The notes beneath the pieces were generated by a model. It worked only from the letters and a program-made list of their open reading frames with translations, was not told where the DNA came from and ran no database searches. DNA of 64,000 nt, taken from assembly GCA_042584585.1 (NCBI GenBank), contig JBHOSQ010000004.1, positions 1 through 64,000 on the forward strand, in the 5' to 3' direction. Both the position numbers and the translations under genes were made by a program. This DNA is from an archaeon (GTDB lineage Archaea; B1Sed10-29; WALL01). Shown here piece by piece: positions 28,201-35,271 of the stretch (position 1 is the stretch's first letter; each line of letters begins with the position of its first letter).

Positions 28201-28753
28201 TGGTGGAGTCAGCCGCGGTGAAGTTGATGTGCAGGCTGGCCGAGGGCACGGAGCTGGAGACGTTGCTGTTGTTGCCGACTGCCACGTCCGAAAGGGTTGG
28301 GGCGGCGGTGTCGATGTAGGCAGTGTACGTGGTGCTGTTGGCCTGGGTGTTGTTGCTGTCCGTAATGGTCACAGTGACTTCAGTGACGCCGAATGTGACC
28401 AGGTCGTCGGCGGACTTTCCATCCCACGTGAAGTTCAGCTGGTCGGCCTCGTCGAGCGCGCCGGTGACCGTGCGGACGTTGGAGCCGTCTGTTAATAAGA
28501 TAGTATAATTGACGTCTTCGCTTGAGTTGAACGTGATTAAAGTGGTGTCTAGCACGGTGTCGGCGTTGGGGGAAAAGGCTTGTGGGGTGACGGCGAGGTC
28601 TCCGGCCGAGAAGTTGGGGGGGAGGAGGGGGTAGCTGGCGAACCCGGTCATTGAGAGCTCTACGCAGCCAGAAAGCAGTATGACTAGCGCTACCACTGAC
28701 ATTGCCACAGTGAGAGTGTTTCTTTTAATCATGTTACCACTGGGCAGAAACAT
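19298..28753 (-). CDS. Giant surface (lipo)protein: FlgD-like Ig repeats, FN3, embedded S8 subtilase, C-terminal TM and cytoplasmic tail
   Basis: Lipobox-like LLSGC; about 14 W[DNG]G[KTNR] repeats; IIDSGVD, HGTHVAG and GTSMAAPHVSG triad; poly-Gly and PT linkers; TM VSVLLLVAVLVGVFLVL. Confidence 0.88.
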   Translation of the reverse strand: MFLPSGNMIKRNTLTVAMSVVALVILLSGCVELSMTGFASYPLLPPNFSAGDLAVTPQAFSPNADTVLDTTLITFNSSEDVNYTILLTDGSNVRTVTGALDEADQLNFTWDGKSADDLVTFGVTEVTVTITDSNNTQANSTTYTAYIDTAAPTLSDVAVGNNSNVSSSVPSASLHINFTAADSTTGNPNGVVNYTFNFSTCGENCSRTVQTTTGTKTIYWDGNFTNGTAMPAGEYEANLTLTDWAGNPSNTELFNLTVDNSAPSITSALTSSEGNITGMLTTNYTVLNFTVDSSGSYLLNITNATDATGVLALTGTQTAATPETVNWGGTYSNGTAVTDGSYNVTLTATDDAGNSVTGANVTVDVDNTPPVINGTLTVTLQNVSGSILESEANISFSAWDPVGNMTYELVVTDSLGTTLVLNYTNYTNNTFVNHTWNGTKFDGSLMSEGNATVIVNVTDFLGNNATNTSWIMIDNLAPQAINFTCSDYFISPINSTGVQDTTTFTFHVDEDATYVLGLRDENTYTRTFTSSASTGSATTILWNGNSTDNATTFGAEVVVVLTLTDEMGNQEDYYLRIDGREQNVTIDDVLPTLTSAVSVSPTTFVNALNPSTITATASEYMDNWTVNIYNSSGGLTRSISATAGSSLSTTWNGTESDYTTPVSDGNYSVNVTGEDRAGNPLEPVAGNNITIDNAGVIILSALTATPQYISPQNSTGVQDNTTLAFTPNVAGTYSLNISNTTHYLLFNGTTSAGIEVSNTWNGTNGTTYMTNSTATLVVIDSGSNNATDTLTVYVDDELPSIPVGTNATARTDGSIKVNWTESADNVGISLYRVYRSTTDDFTASASNNIANATVAEYNDTAVIEGIKYYYLVSALDLAGNPSNASNEANETASAASAFTFNNDLAVSPVYISPNADGIQDTAAISFNVTRDADYIVTITNTTLTRVMTGSCTGNVSKSITWDGKTASGTIILGNSTVALTATDSLGNQISGTQRTILVDITDPQITKGITNNMTDGARLSGYVSGQYASISDIVFTPNEDLQYYNVSLENVSGALTYTRVFTGTATQAVNETVEWNGRDQFNNPFPDGANVTVDMYLTDMAGNTLHDTTMNVIIDNVAPTVGNLSISPAALSGFLPAASTNGSTNITFDFTENGTFNILITDGTLNATLTGNAGADLSGASVDSEVERDIALGDTASVIIILADVGTVLENQNEALAAVNSTEFSTLYQYSTANALAGEISREGMHKLRESGAVSAIAYDRPIYASRSVSVPLTNADDAWLRQSGGINSTGVDQNICIIDSGVDYTHDDFGNCTQAEFLAGTCAKVIGGYDYVNDDTDPVDDYNHGTHVAGIAAGNGTVKGVAPGAKIIAVKVLDNVGSGSFADAIAGVDWCTNNQSLYNISVISMSFGEVGEPEYTDGTCPTYMDSSLSSAKTANITLVASSGNDDKTAGINYPACSPYVIPVGASTDADAMAEFSNRGPNLDVLAPGVNINSTVLSDAYSEFNGTSMAAPHVSGAVAVIQQDYLLRNSTILTPAQIETLLVNNGTTIYDSNSTRNYTRLDVMSILNNISGSGAPAGSGSGSSGLQNCTYSGSSVTCTWDGTDDNGAIMTNGTWAASLVFYDYARSFTTDSTTVTLDSTPPVFTSDLAATDYNISAVVSDSDTNLTFTVNEGGTYLINITDGTSARTFNGTTTAGVQVLHTWDGTANDNSTALAEDNYTIVARAYDPYGNEGNSSIVVEVDSSAATNVTLSASDYYISPHTSPGSEDATNITFTSTKSGSYVLTILDLSTPANTRTYTGSATAATPVTLEWDGKSVNGSVNFSSSRVVATVTDVSSNQQSSSPITINIDSIIPSFLASMVIDVTQLSLNLSHEANITFGPSEAVTYEVNISNGVQERLITGDANSSSNTTVTWNGTLANGTWFDDGNASVTVNITDWAGNFNSSGPVNITVDSNAPNITTAFNATSDIISGALATELNFTFTAIDVLPFNYTILVNDSSSYWNTTGAATNNTQMNITWNGTDVNGSLMQEAAVVVTLTLTDEVGNTVTDTLNNTVDNTAPSLNFTYPANASFAPLGNLSVFLDVYDLHVDSVQLNVSNSTWSTTVDMSNGTKLNTTNYSNYTGIIDGTELANDTYLVSCLVNDTAGNLDNTTNITIYSDRFAPEISWTSPPNNSQFPPGTLLKPAITEWIGIDTVWYSLNGSANTTILSPYQYDTTGISNGIANFTIYANDTLGLTNSSMLNFSIDNTPLSLNVTAPTNLSSYSGAAARRLDWNETGVTLTYEVDGLVDTTWFGLDGLTNTTITDNSTMNITRPGGLHRVTVYANDTGANLLSSERWVFTDATVNVTDWLLNATTNATLNVTFANETDLPDYDNLTLLDTRVNIVANTTNVWLNITNLLASNASWANTLTIYNETSDVTDALTGIVTAVVDMVWVDQFEEFEPFYDDYNATIFLPVVYDSLFYCHGSLESPTCDPIITACEGYTGSPCYNTTVDNKTKIFLPHLSGIVGANDTTPPANQSLSINSGGASTTSPNVNLDMTAVGAVYCQYSNDNTTWSAWYDYGDTVAWTLSSSYGTKTVYGRCKDMPNNTAAPVNDTISYAAAPAAPTGGARDDDTGGGGGGGGGGGIVKVEPVIANFTEDEYSESSILEELEDPLVQQALGERVGADLVDSSSQARQVADVTRAFDYSTEYIFFTTNTSLTLSVDFSEPVLDLVLVDEVPKEFSEIASDLIIDVYPPADVTILKDDPIVSFEFGDVSGKVSINYTVQKEMLLAVMDRLITELDNPKLFAAAPPVVVPEPTSTPNVTATPTPVATPEPTATPTPTPEIADITSIPIVEGVSVLLLVAVLVGVFLVLRGHITIGPLGKPPKPVATKKPAPKAGVSALKAATPKKALRETPRKIVKPTDMLKPKEETKPLPKKPTEASRGAAATEPAAPKKALSAETAGQLAAFDGMLDTFHRDISLAKKKGSNVKLLENELEALAGDRQSLVNALEKNDVAYIRVVLRDVDALSKKVSKVAPGGKPADKVPLVPKTEVSAPKAATPQPAAKVATHKAVKAAPKKPVRRPPSEFTPETKRRLKLFEENLKAAKDAMASLTGKNRSAMAKLIEGQEANMSVLDDAVRTDDKSKIGEADFQLLFKKDEIKKLLK

Positions 28754-28823
28754 AAACGTAAAGACGCTTTAAAAAGGTTCCTGCCGGTGGCTAGAGCCCA
28801 TATAAAGAGTAGAAGGAGCATTG

Positions 28824-28845
28824 CGGGGGCTGGTGTCAGCCCCCG
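28824..28845 (-). terminator. GC hairpin downstream of rpl12
   Basis: CGGGGGCTG-GTGT-CAGCCCCCG perfect 9-bp stem at the end of the operon. Confidence 0.5.
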
Positions 28846-28863
28846 GAGTTTAAAGGGAGAATT

Positions 28864-29172
28864 TTAGCCGAAGAGTGCGCCGAGGCCGGCTGCTGCTTCT
28901 TCTTCGGTCTTGCCTTCTTCTTCAGGCTCTTCTTCCTTTGCTTCCTCTGCTGCGGGGGCCGCCGCGGGAGCAGCTGCCGGCGCCGCTGTCACAGCGGCTT
29001 TGGAGACTGCCTCCTCGATGTTCACGCCGTCCAGGCTGGCCACAAGGGCCTTTACCTTGGCGTCGTCGGCCTTTCCGCCTGCGGCTTCAAGGACTTTCTT
29101 GACGTTTGCTTCGTTGATCTCCTTGCCTTCTGCGTTCAGCAGGAGAGCAGCGTATACGTATTGCATTTGCAT
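28864..29172 (-). CDS. rpl12: 50S ribosomal protein P1 (L12)
   Basis: [10 protein letters not shown], Ala-rich hinge, [14 protein letters not shown]-terminus. Confidence 0.96.
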   Translation of the reverse strand: MQMQYVYAALLLNAEGKEINEANVKKVLEAAGGKADDAKVKALVASLDGVNIEEAVSKAAVTAAPAAAPAAAPAAEEAKEEEPEEEGKTEEEAAAGLGALFG

Positions 29173-29188
29173 ATCACCTTTTGGATTG

Positions 29189-30034
29189 TTACGCTTCCTT
29201 GACTAGTGAAGAGATGGCCTTTGCCTGCATGGTTCCTTTGGCGAGGAGGTCTTCGATGACTCCCTTGTCAAGGATGGTTGCCTCGACACCGAGGTTTTTG
29301 GCCTCGGTGAATGCCTTCTGGAGGAAGTTTTCGATGTTTTCCTTCATGAAGTAACCTGCGTTGAAGGCTAGGTTGAACCCACTCATGTAGGCCGTCTGCA
29401 GGTTGGCGATGGTTTCTTCTTCACTGATGTCTAGTATTTCGGAAGTGAATATCATGCCGTTTTCGAGCGCGGCTTCGAGCGTCATGCCGACTTCCATTGG
29501 CTTGAGCCCGAGCTTCGTGAGCGCCGCGGCTTGGTCTCCGGTGAGGACGTCGCCTGCCTTTGCGACAGTGGAGTCCTTCATAACCTTGATGGAGCCGCCA
29601 TCAATCCGCGCGTTGATTCCCGCGGACTTGAGGTCGCCGAGCGCCGGGCCGGGCGGAAGGCCGGTGTCGCCCTTGGGGACGATGATGTCCATGGGAGCGG
29701 TTTGGCCGGCTTTGGCGGGTGCTTTGGACTTGTTTTTCTTGAGCAAGCCGTAGAGCTTGAACGGGTTGACGTCGCTGAATATGATTGCGGTCGGGCCTTC
29801 CATGCTGGTCTCGAGCTGGTCGAGGCCTTTGGTGCCGGAGTTTTCGAACGCGAGCTTGAGCAGCTTGATTTTGGCGACGCGGATTACTGCTTTGCCGCGG
29901 AGCTTTTCCCGGATTTCCTGGAACTGGCTTGCCGGGAGGGACGCAATGCTTGAGACTGCGATGACCGGGTGCGCCTTAATCATTTCCTCGAGGTCGCCCA
30001 CGACTTTTTTCTTCCATTCCGCGACGTGTGCCAT
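29189..30034 (-). CDS. rpl10: 50S ribosomal protein L10/P0 (uL10)
   Basis: [26 protein letters not shown]; operon position. Confidence 0.95.
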   Translation of the reverse strand: MAHVAEWKKKVVGDLEEMIKAHPVIAVSSIASLPASQFQEIREKLRGKAVIRVAKIKLLKLAFENSGTKGLDQLETSMEGPTAIIFSDVNPFKLYGLLKKNKSKAPAKAGQTAPMDIIVPKGDTGLPPGPALGDLKSAGINARIDGGSIKVMKDSTVAKAGDVLTGDQAAALTKLGLKPMEVGMTLEAALENGMIFTSEILDISEEETIANLQTAYMSGFNLAFNAGYFMKENIENFLQKAFTEAKNLGVEATILDKGVIEDLLAKGTMQAKAISSLVKEA

Positions 30035-30675
30035 CAGAATCCCTCCGTTATGTCGACCGTTGGCCCCATCGTGGTCTTGACCTTGACGCTGCCGATGTTC
30101 TGGATGTCAGGTATCTGGGCCTTGATTGCCGAAAGGACTGCCGTGGCGTTGGCCGCGAGGTCTTCGGTCGTCATTGCCTCGGTGCCAATTGGCACGTGGA
30201 GGACAGGGAGGTTTTTTCCCTTGGTCTTGATTATGAGTGTGTTCTTGAGCCGAGCGATTAGGGGCTTGAGGTCCGCGTTCGGTGGGACGGGCTTGGGCAT
30301 CTTGCCCCTTGGCCCTAAAGCCTGTCCAAGGAATCGGCCTACCAGCGGCATCAGGCTTACCTGGGCGATGAACGCGTCGTAGTCGTTGGCCAGGGCCTTT
30401 ATCTTTTTGGGGTCCTTGCCCATTACCTCGAGCTCGGTGGAGAGAATTACTTTGTCGGCGACTGTTTTGGCTGCGGTCGCCATCTCGTCTTCGCAGATGA
30501 CACAAACTTTTTGGTCCTTGCCCCTGCCCTTTGGCAACAGGACTTCTGCGCTGATTTTGTTGTCCTGCTTGTTGAAGTCCAGGTTCTTGAAGTTGACGAA
30601 CAAGTCCAGTGACTGGACAAAATTCCGCTTCTTGGAGTCGGTCTTTGCTTTCTCTATGGCTTCTTCCAACTTCAT
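30034..30675 (-). CDS. rpl1: 50S ribosomal protein L1
   Basis: KRNFVQSLDL, LGPRGKMPKP, KTTMGP. Confidence 0.96.
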   Translation of the reverse strand: MKLEEAIEKAKTDSKKRNFVQSLDLFVNFKNLDFNKQDNKISAEVLLPKGRGKDQKVCVICEDEMATAAKTVADKVILSTELEVMGKDPKKIKALANDYDAFIAQVSLMPLVGRFLGQALGPRGKMPKPVPPNADLKPLIARLKNTLIIKTKGKNLPVLHVPIGTEAMTTEDLAANATAVLSAIKAQIPDIQNIGSVKVKTTMGPTVDITEGF

Positions 30676-30681
30676 GTAAAA

Positions 30682-30729
30682 TCCCCTCCTAGAGCATGAT
30701 TAAGCCGTAGCCGCTCTTAGTCTAAGGGA
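30682..30729 (-). promoter_or_regulatory. Candidate L1-binding translational operator overlapping the rpl1 Shine-Dalgarno
   Basis: mRNA CCC-UUAGA-CU-A-AGAGC...GCUCU-AG-GA-GGG, an asymmetric internal loop flanked by two helices. Confidence 0.55.
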
Positions 30730-30765
30730 GTGGTCTTTGGTTGTGCTTGTGGGAGTTTATAAACA

Positions 30766-31446
30766 TTACTTCTTTGCAGGCGCCTTGTTGTCCCGTTTGG
30801 CTGGTGCTTCCACCTTGGCTGCGGGCGCTTCCTCTGCCTTGGCCGCCTTCTCGGCCGCCGCAGCTTCTGCCTCTTCCTTGGCCGCTGCCTTTACCGATGC
30901 AAGCTTGCCCTGCATTTCCTTGGCTGCTGCCTGGACTGCCGCCTGGTCGTACTCTAGGTTCGCGCCGTCCTGGAACAGTGCGTCGAAATCGCCCTTGTCA
31001 ATGGCCTTGTGCGCATCGGCGGGCGACACGCCCTCGACGAGCAAGCCCAGTGAAACACAGGTGCCGATGACTTCTTTTGTGGCTCCCTTGAGTGTTTTGG
31101 CGAGCATGTTGTCCCGCTTCATTTTCGCGACCTTAACCGCCGCCTTCATGGGCAGGTCCCCAGCCTTCTGGTTTACTTGGTCGCCAGAGCCCTTGTCGAT
31201 GCCGAGCTCTTTCTTGATGAGTGCGGACGTGGGCGGGCTCCCGACCTCAATGCGGAAGCTCTTGTCCGAAGAGTTGATTATGACTTTGATTGGGACCTGC
31301 ATTCCAGCGAAGTCCTTGGTCTTTTCGTTGATTGCTTTGACTACGTCACCGATGTTGATTCCCGTCGGGCCCAATGCGGGTCCTAGGGGCGGGCCTGCAG
31401 TCGCCTTTCCGCCGTCAACCAATGACTCAATTGTCGATTCTGGCAT
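30766..31446 (-). CDS. rpl11: 50S ribosomal protein L11 with Ala/Lys/Glu C-terminal extension
   Basis: GGKATAGPPLGPALGP, PPTSALIKKELG, KEVIGTCVSLG. Confidence 0.96.
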   Translation of the reverse strand: MPESTIESLVDGGKATAGPPLGPALGPTGINIGDVVKAINEKTKDFAGMQVPIKVIINSSDKSFRIEVGSPPTSALIKKELGIDKGSGDQVNQKAGDLPMKAAVKVAKMKRDNMLAKTLKGATKEVIGTCVSLGLLVEGVSPADAHKAIDKGDFDALFQDGANLEYDQAAVQAAAKEMQGKLASVKAAAKEEAEAAAAEKAAKAEEAPAAKVEAPAKRDNKAPAKK

Positions 31447-31525
31447 GAATACCACTATTTCCTAGCTATCCAGAAAAAGCTCGTAACCCCCTTATTCTGA
31501 AGCCGGGGGTTTAAAAGCGTTGCTG

Positions 31526-32446
31526 TTACTTGGGGTGCTCTTTCTTTAGTTTTCTTTTCCCCATTATCTTCGGGAATGTCCCCGGCTTAAGCTCTGGGCC
31601 CTCTCCTTTGGGGGGGAACTTTGGATACCCCTCTTTTCTTGTTGGCTCGGGGACTGGCTCCTTAGCCGGTGGCAGCGCTTTCACTGGCGGTCCTGCTTTC
31701 TCAGGCTCCTCCCAATCCACGGCATCCTCAGGCAACTTCAGTGTAGCCGGTGGCAACTCCAGTGTTCGCTTCCCGGCGGGCAACGCCGGCTGTACCTTTT
31801 TCCGTTTTCTGGGGGCGAAGTCTGCGGCTAGGCTTGCCCCCAAATCGCCAAAGATATCCCGCATAGTTGATTTGTGTACCATAACGGCATTATCAAGCTG
31901 CGCCGCAGACGCCTTTTCGTGCCGCACATACTGACCTATAGCCACCTCAAACTCGGCGTGTGTTTTATCGAAGTCGTTGGCGAGCTCCCATTGTTTCAGG
32001 GTGTCAAGTATGCCCATAATCTCTTGTTTTTGGTCGCGGAAGAATTTTCCCGTTTCCACCTCTTCCACAACCCTCTTCCCATCCACTTCCTTTTCCACCT
32101 TCAGCGGAATTTTGTCAAGCTCTTTGAAATAAGCGTCCGTGACAGCCTGGTAGTATTTGATTCGCTCGTCCTCATCCGTTGGAATCTCGCCCTTGGCCAT
32201 ATAGTATTTGATTCGCTCGTCCTCATCCGTTGGAACCTCGCCCTTGGCGATATAAGCGTTTATTAGCTTTTCCTCACCCTCTGGAAGATGCCCCTCACCA
32301 AAGTGCTCTCCGGGCCCCATGTAGCGCAATTTCTTTTCTCTGATATGCTCCAAAACCCACCTATAGTTCGCGACCGACTGCATTAGGTCTACCCCTATAA
32401 GCTTCAGCTTTCGGTCCAGTATCTGTTCCCGCTTTTTCTTAGCCAT
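31526..32446 (-). CDS. Hypothetical protein with internal 17-aa duplication and Pro/Lys-rich tail
   Basis: About 306-aa ORF filling the spt5-rpl11 gap; no family recognised. Confidence 0.65.
   Translation of the reverse strand: MAKKKREQILDRKLKLIGVDLMQSVANYRWVLEHIREKKLRYMGPGEHFGEGHLPEGEEKLINAYIAKGEVPTDEDERIKYYMAKGEIPTDEDERIKYYQAVTDAYFKELDKIPLKVEKEVDGKRVVEEVETGKFFRDQKQEIMGILDTLKQWELANDFDKTHAEFEVAIGQYVRHEKASAAQLDNAVMVHKSTMRDIFGDLGASLAADFAPRKRKKVQPALPAGKRTLELPPATLKLPEDAVDWEEPEKAGPPVKALPPAKEPVPEPTRKEGYPKFPPKGEGPELKPGTFPKIMGKRKLKKEHPK
32151..32252. repeat. 51-bp near-perfect tandem duplication
   Basis: tagtatttgattcgctcgtcctcatccgttggaa[t/c]ctcgcccttggc[c/g]ata twice, encoding [IM]AKGE[VI]PTDEDERIKYY. 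Confidence 0.9.
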
Positions 32447-32490
32447 ACACAGCACCTGCTAAAGGTAATGAACATCCAACTAAAAAAGCT

Positions 32491-32934
32491 TTAGTCTGAT
32501 TTCTGGTTTATTACGCGAATGCTCGCTGCGTCCATCGTGATTGGGATGGGCACCGTTGCTTCCACGAGTTCCAGGGTAATCTTGTCCTTGGCCTCGTCCA
32601 CACGAACGACCTTGGCTTTTTCGCCCTTGAACGGGCCCGCAGTCAATTCCACGAGGTCCCCCTTGTGGATGTCCACGGTCAAGCTTTTTTCCTCGAAGAA
32701 GTGGCCTACTTCAGTGAGGTCCACTCCACCAGACACGAGCCCCTTGATTTGTGGCACGTTGTAGATGAGCTTCCGCACCTCGGCCTCGTTCGGGGCCTCG
32801 GCAAAAATGTAGCCGCGCAGGTTGTCCACCACGACAACCGAGTGGATTTCCTGCTCTTTCTTGGACTGCTTGGACCTAAGCAAGTCAGCGACTATGCGCT
32901 CTTGCCCAACAGTGGTCCTAATCGTGTAAATCAT
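32491..32934 (-). CDS. spt5: Transcription elongation factor Spt5 (NusG)
   Basis: RTTVGQE, RGYIFAEA, KOW GPFKGEKAKV, ATVPIPIT. Confidence 0.96.
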   Translation of the reverse strand: MIYTIRTTVGQERIVADLLRSKQSKKEQEIHSVVVVDNLRGYIFAEAPNEAEVRKLIYNVPQIKGLVSGGVDLTEVGHFFEEKSLTVDIHKGDLVELTAGPFKGEKAKVVRVDEAKDKITLELVEATVPIPITMDAASIRVINQKSD

Positions 32935-32936
32935 TT

Positions 32937-33098
32937 TTAGGTCAGCCCAATAAGCCTTGACAACAGAATCACGGCGACTCCCAAGACGCCGATGAGTATC
33001 ATGCCGATTCCCGTTATCTTGGAAATCATGAAAAACTCGTCCTTGCGGGGCTTTCGCGTCAGCTTAAGCACCCTCACTGCCTCGTTAATGAAGCTCAT
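32937..33098 (-). CDS. secE: Protein translocase SecE/Sec61-gamma (53 aa, not in ORF track)
   Basis: Manual translation MSFINEAVRVLKLTRKPRKDEFFMISKITGIGMILIGVLGVAVILLSRLIGLT; ftsZ-secE-spt5 synteny. Confidence 0.93.
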   Translation of the reverse strand: MSFINEAVRVLKLTRKPRKDEFFMISKITGIGMILIGVLGVAVILLSRLIGLT

Positions 33099-33104
33099 TC
33101 AAAA

Positions 33105-34220
33105 TCACTCCACGTACTCAACGTCAAGCTCGACTTCTTCCTGCAGTGCGCGGGACTCGTCGAGGTAAGGGAACCTTCCGCCGGCAATCACAATCATTGC
33201 CTGTATCTTGCTCCGCTTCATGTCGTCGTCAATCATCGCGCCCCAAATAATGTGCGCGTTCGAATGGATCTTGCTCGCGACCGCCTCGACAATCATCTCT
33301 GCCTCACGCAGGGTCATGTCACTTCCGCCGCAAACGTTCACCAAAGCCCTCGTCGACTCCGAGACGTCAATGTCCAGGAGTGGTGAGTTAAGCGCGTCCT
33401 CGACAGCCTCGAGTGCACGCCCCTCGGAATCGCCCTCTATCTCGGACTCTCCAAGGCCAATCATTGCCGCGCCGCCATTGGCAAGCACAGCCCTAACGTC
33501 GGCGAAGTCCAGGTTCACGAGCCCGGGCTTGGTGATTAGTTCGGTGATGCCCTTGACCGCATTGACGAGAATCTCGTCCGCGACCTTGAACGCCGCGTTG
33601 ATTGGCAGGTCCGGGACAATCTCCAGTAGCTTGTCGTTCGGGATTACGATTACTGTGTCGCACTCCTTGCGGAGCTTCTTGAGCCCGCCGAGCGCGTTCT
33701 CCATCCTGCGCCTTCCCTCGACGCTGAACGGCAAAGTGACGACGCCAACCGTGAGTGCGCCGATGTCGCGGGCGACCTGCGCGATTACTGGCGCGCTGCC
33801 TGTGCCGGTTCCGCCTCCAAGGCCACACGTGATGAACACGAGGTCACTGCTCGCAAGGGCTTTTTCGATTGACTTCTTGCTTTCCTTGCTGGCTGCTTCG
33901 CCGAGTTCGGGGTCGCTGCCTGCTCCTAGGCCACGGGTGATGCTCCTGCCGAGCAAGAGCTTTTTGTTGGCCGGTGTAATCAGTAGGTGCTGGGCGTCAG
34001 TGTTCATGGCGAGCACTTCGGCTCCCTGCACGCCGATTTCGTGGAGGCGGCGCATGGTGTTGTTTCCGGAGCCGCCGGTGCCGACGACACGGATTCGCGC
34101 CTGTGAGTTCGATAGAATGTCCTCTATTTCCTTGTCGGTCAGCGTAGCCTTTAACTTGCTCTTCGCTGCCTTTGACCTGGATTTGGCTCGCTTTGCGGCC
34201 TTTTTCACTACTTTCCTCAA
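33105..34220 (-). CDS. ftsZ: Cell division protein FtsZ
   Basis: GTGGSGNN, tubulin signature GLGGGTGTG, VNLDFADV. Confidence 0.97.
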   Translation of the reverse strand: MRKVVKKAAKRAKSRSKAAKSKLKATLTDKEIEDILSNSQARIRVVGTGGSGNNTMRRLHEIGVQGAEVLAMNTDAQHLLITPANKKLLLGRSITRGLGAGSDPELGEAASKESKKSIEKALASSDLVFITCGLGGGTGTGSAPVIAQVARDIGALTVGVVTLPFSVEGRRRMENALGGLKKLRKECDTVIVIPNDKLLEIVPDLPINAAFKVADEILVNAVKGITELITKPGLVNLDFADVRAVLANGGAAMIGLGESEIEGDSEGRALEAVEDALNSPLLDIDVSESTRALVNVCGGSDMTLREAEMIVEAVASKIHSNAHIIWGAMIDDDMKRSKIQAMIVIAGGRFPYLDESRALQEEVELDVEYVE

Positions 34221-34340
34221 GAAGAATCACCTTGCCTATCACGCGGTAAGCACAATTAGCGGCGTAATTGTGCAGATTGGGGTTTAAATAGGTTTTGTCG
34301 CCAGTGAAGGTTTAAATGCCTGTATTGCTTTTTAGGGGGC

Positions 34341-35237
34341 ATGAAGTCCAAAACCACTGCCGCCAGGATAAAACGCCTGGAAATTCAGGGCGCGAGGAAT
34401 ATCGCCCGCAAAGGCCTTGAGGCAGTGGCTTTTGACGCGAAGCGGAGCAAGGCGAAGACACTCGCCGCCTTCAAAAAGGAAGTCGCCAACAACTCCCGCG
34501 TTTTGGCGGGTGCGCGGCCCACCGAGCCCGCGCTGCGGAACGGCCTCGCAATCGTGCGGGACGCGCTCGCAATCGAAAGCTCATTGCCCGGCGCGAAGGA
34601 AGCGGTGGCCGAGGCGACCACCCAGTACACCAAGCAAATGGCGGAAGCCAAAAAAAAGATTGTCGAAGTTGGCGTCAAGCGCATACGAAAAAACTCGACT
34701 GTCCTGACGCACTGCCACTCGTCGACAGTGACGGCAATTCTTCTCGCGGCGTGGAAAAAGAAAAAGTTCAAAGTCATCAACACCGAGACTCGCCCCCGGT
34801 ATCAAGGGCGGACCACGGCCGCGGAGCTGGCGAAGGCAGGGATTCCGGTGACGCATATCGTGGATTCAGCGGCGCGCCGGGTGATGAACGAGGTCCAGCT
34901 CGTGCTGGTGGGCGCGGACGCGGTCACGGCGGGCGGCCAGCTTGTGAATAAAATCGGGACGAGCCTGATTGCGTTGGCGGCGCACGAGGCCCGAACACCG
35001 TTCGCGTCGGCGTGTGAGACGTTCAAGTTCGACCCCCTCACTGTGCTCGGCGGGTACGAGCCCATCGAGTACAGGAACCCAAAAGAGGTGTGGAGCTCTC
35101 CGCCAAAACGCGTTAAGATTCGCAACCCGGCGTTCGACTTCACCCCGCCGGAATATATAGACTATATTATAACAGAAGAGGGAATCATCACGCCGTTCGA
35201 GGCGGCGCACATTTTGCGCGAGCGGGCGAAGTGGTGA
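34341..35237 (+). CDS. Ribose-1,5-bisphosphate isomerase (eIF2B-like)
   Basis: IQGARNIA, RPTEP, LTHCHSS, ETRPRYQG, GADAV, NKIGT, NPAFDFTP; adjacent to AMP phosphorylase. Confidence 0.88.
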   Translation: MKSKTTAARIKRLEIQGARNIARKGLEAVAFDAKRSKAKTLAAFKKEVANNSRVLAGARPTEPALRNGLAIVRDALAIESSLPGAKEAVAEATTQYTKQMAEAKKKIVEVGVKRIRKNSTVLTHCHSSTVTAILLAAWKKKKFKVINTETRPRYQGRTTAAELAKAGIPVTHIVDSAARRVMNEVQLVLVGADAVTAGGQLVNKIGTSLIALAAHEARTPFASACETFKFDPLTVLGGYEPIEYRNPKEVWSSPPKRVKIRNPAFDFTPPEYIDYIITEEGIITPFEAAHILRERAKW

Positions 35238-35271
35238 AACTTTATAAACAATGTTTCCATAGTGGTCTCGA

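Noticed and set aside
32151-32252. DGR template/variable repeat pair
   Set aside because: An adjacent in-frame tandem copy with two differences and no reverse transcriptase in the window.
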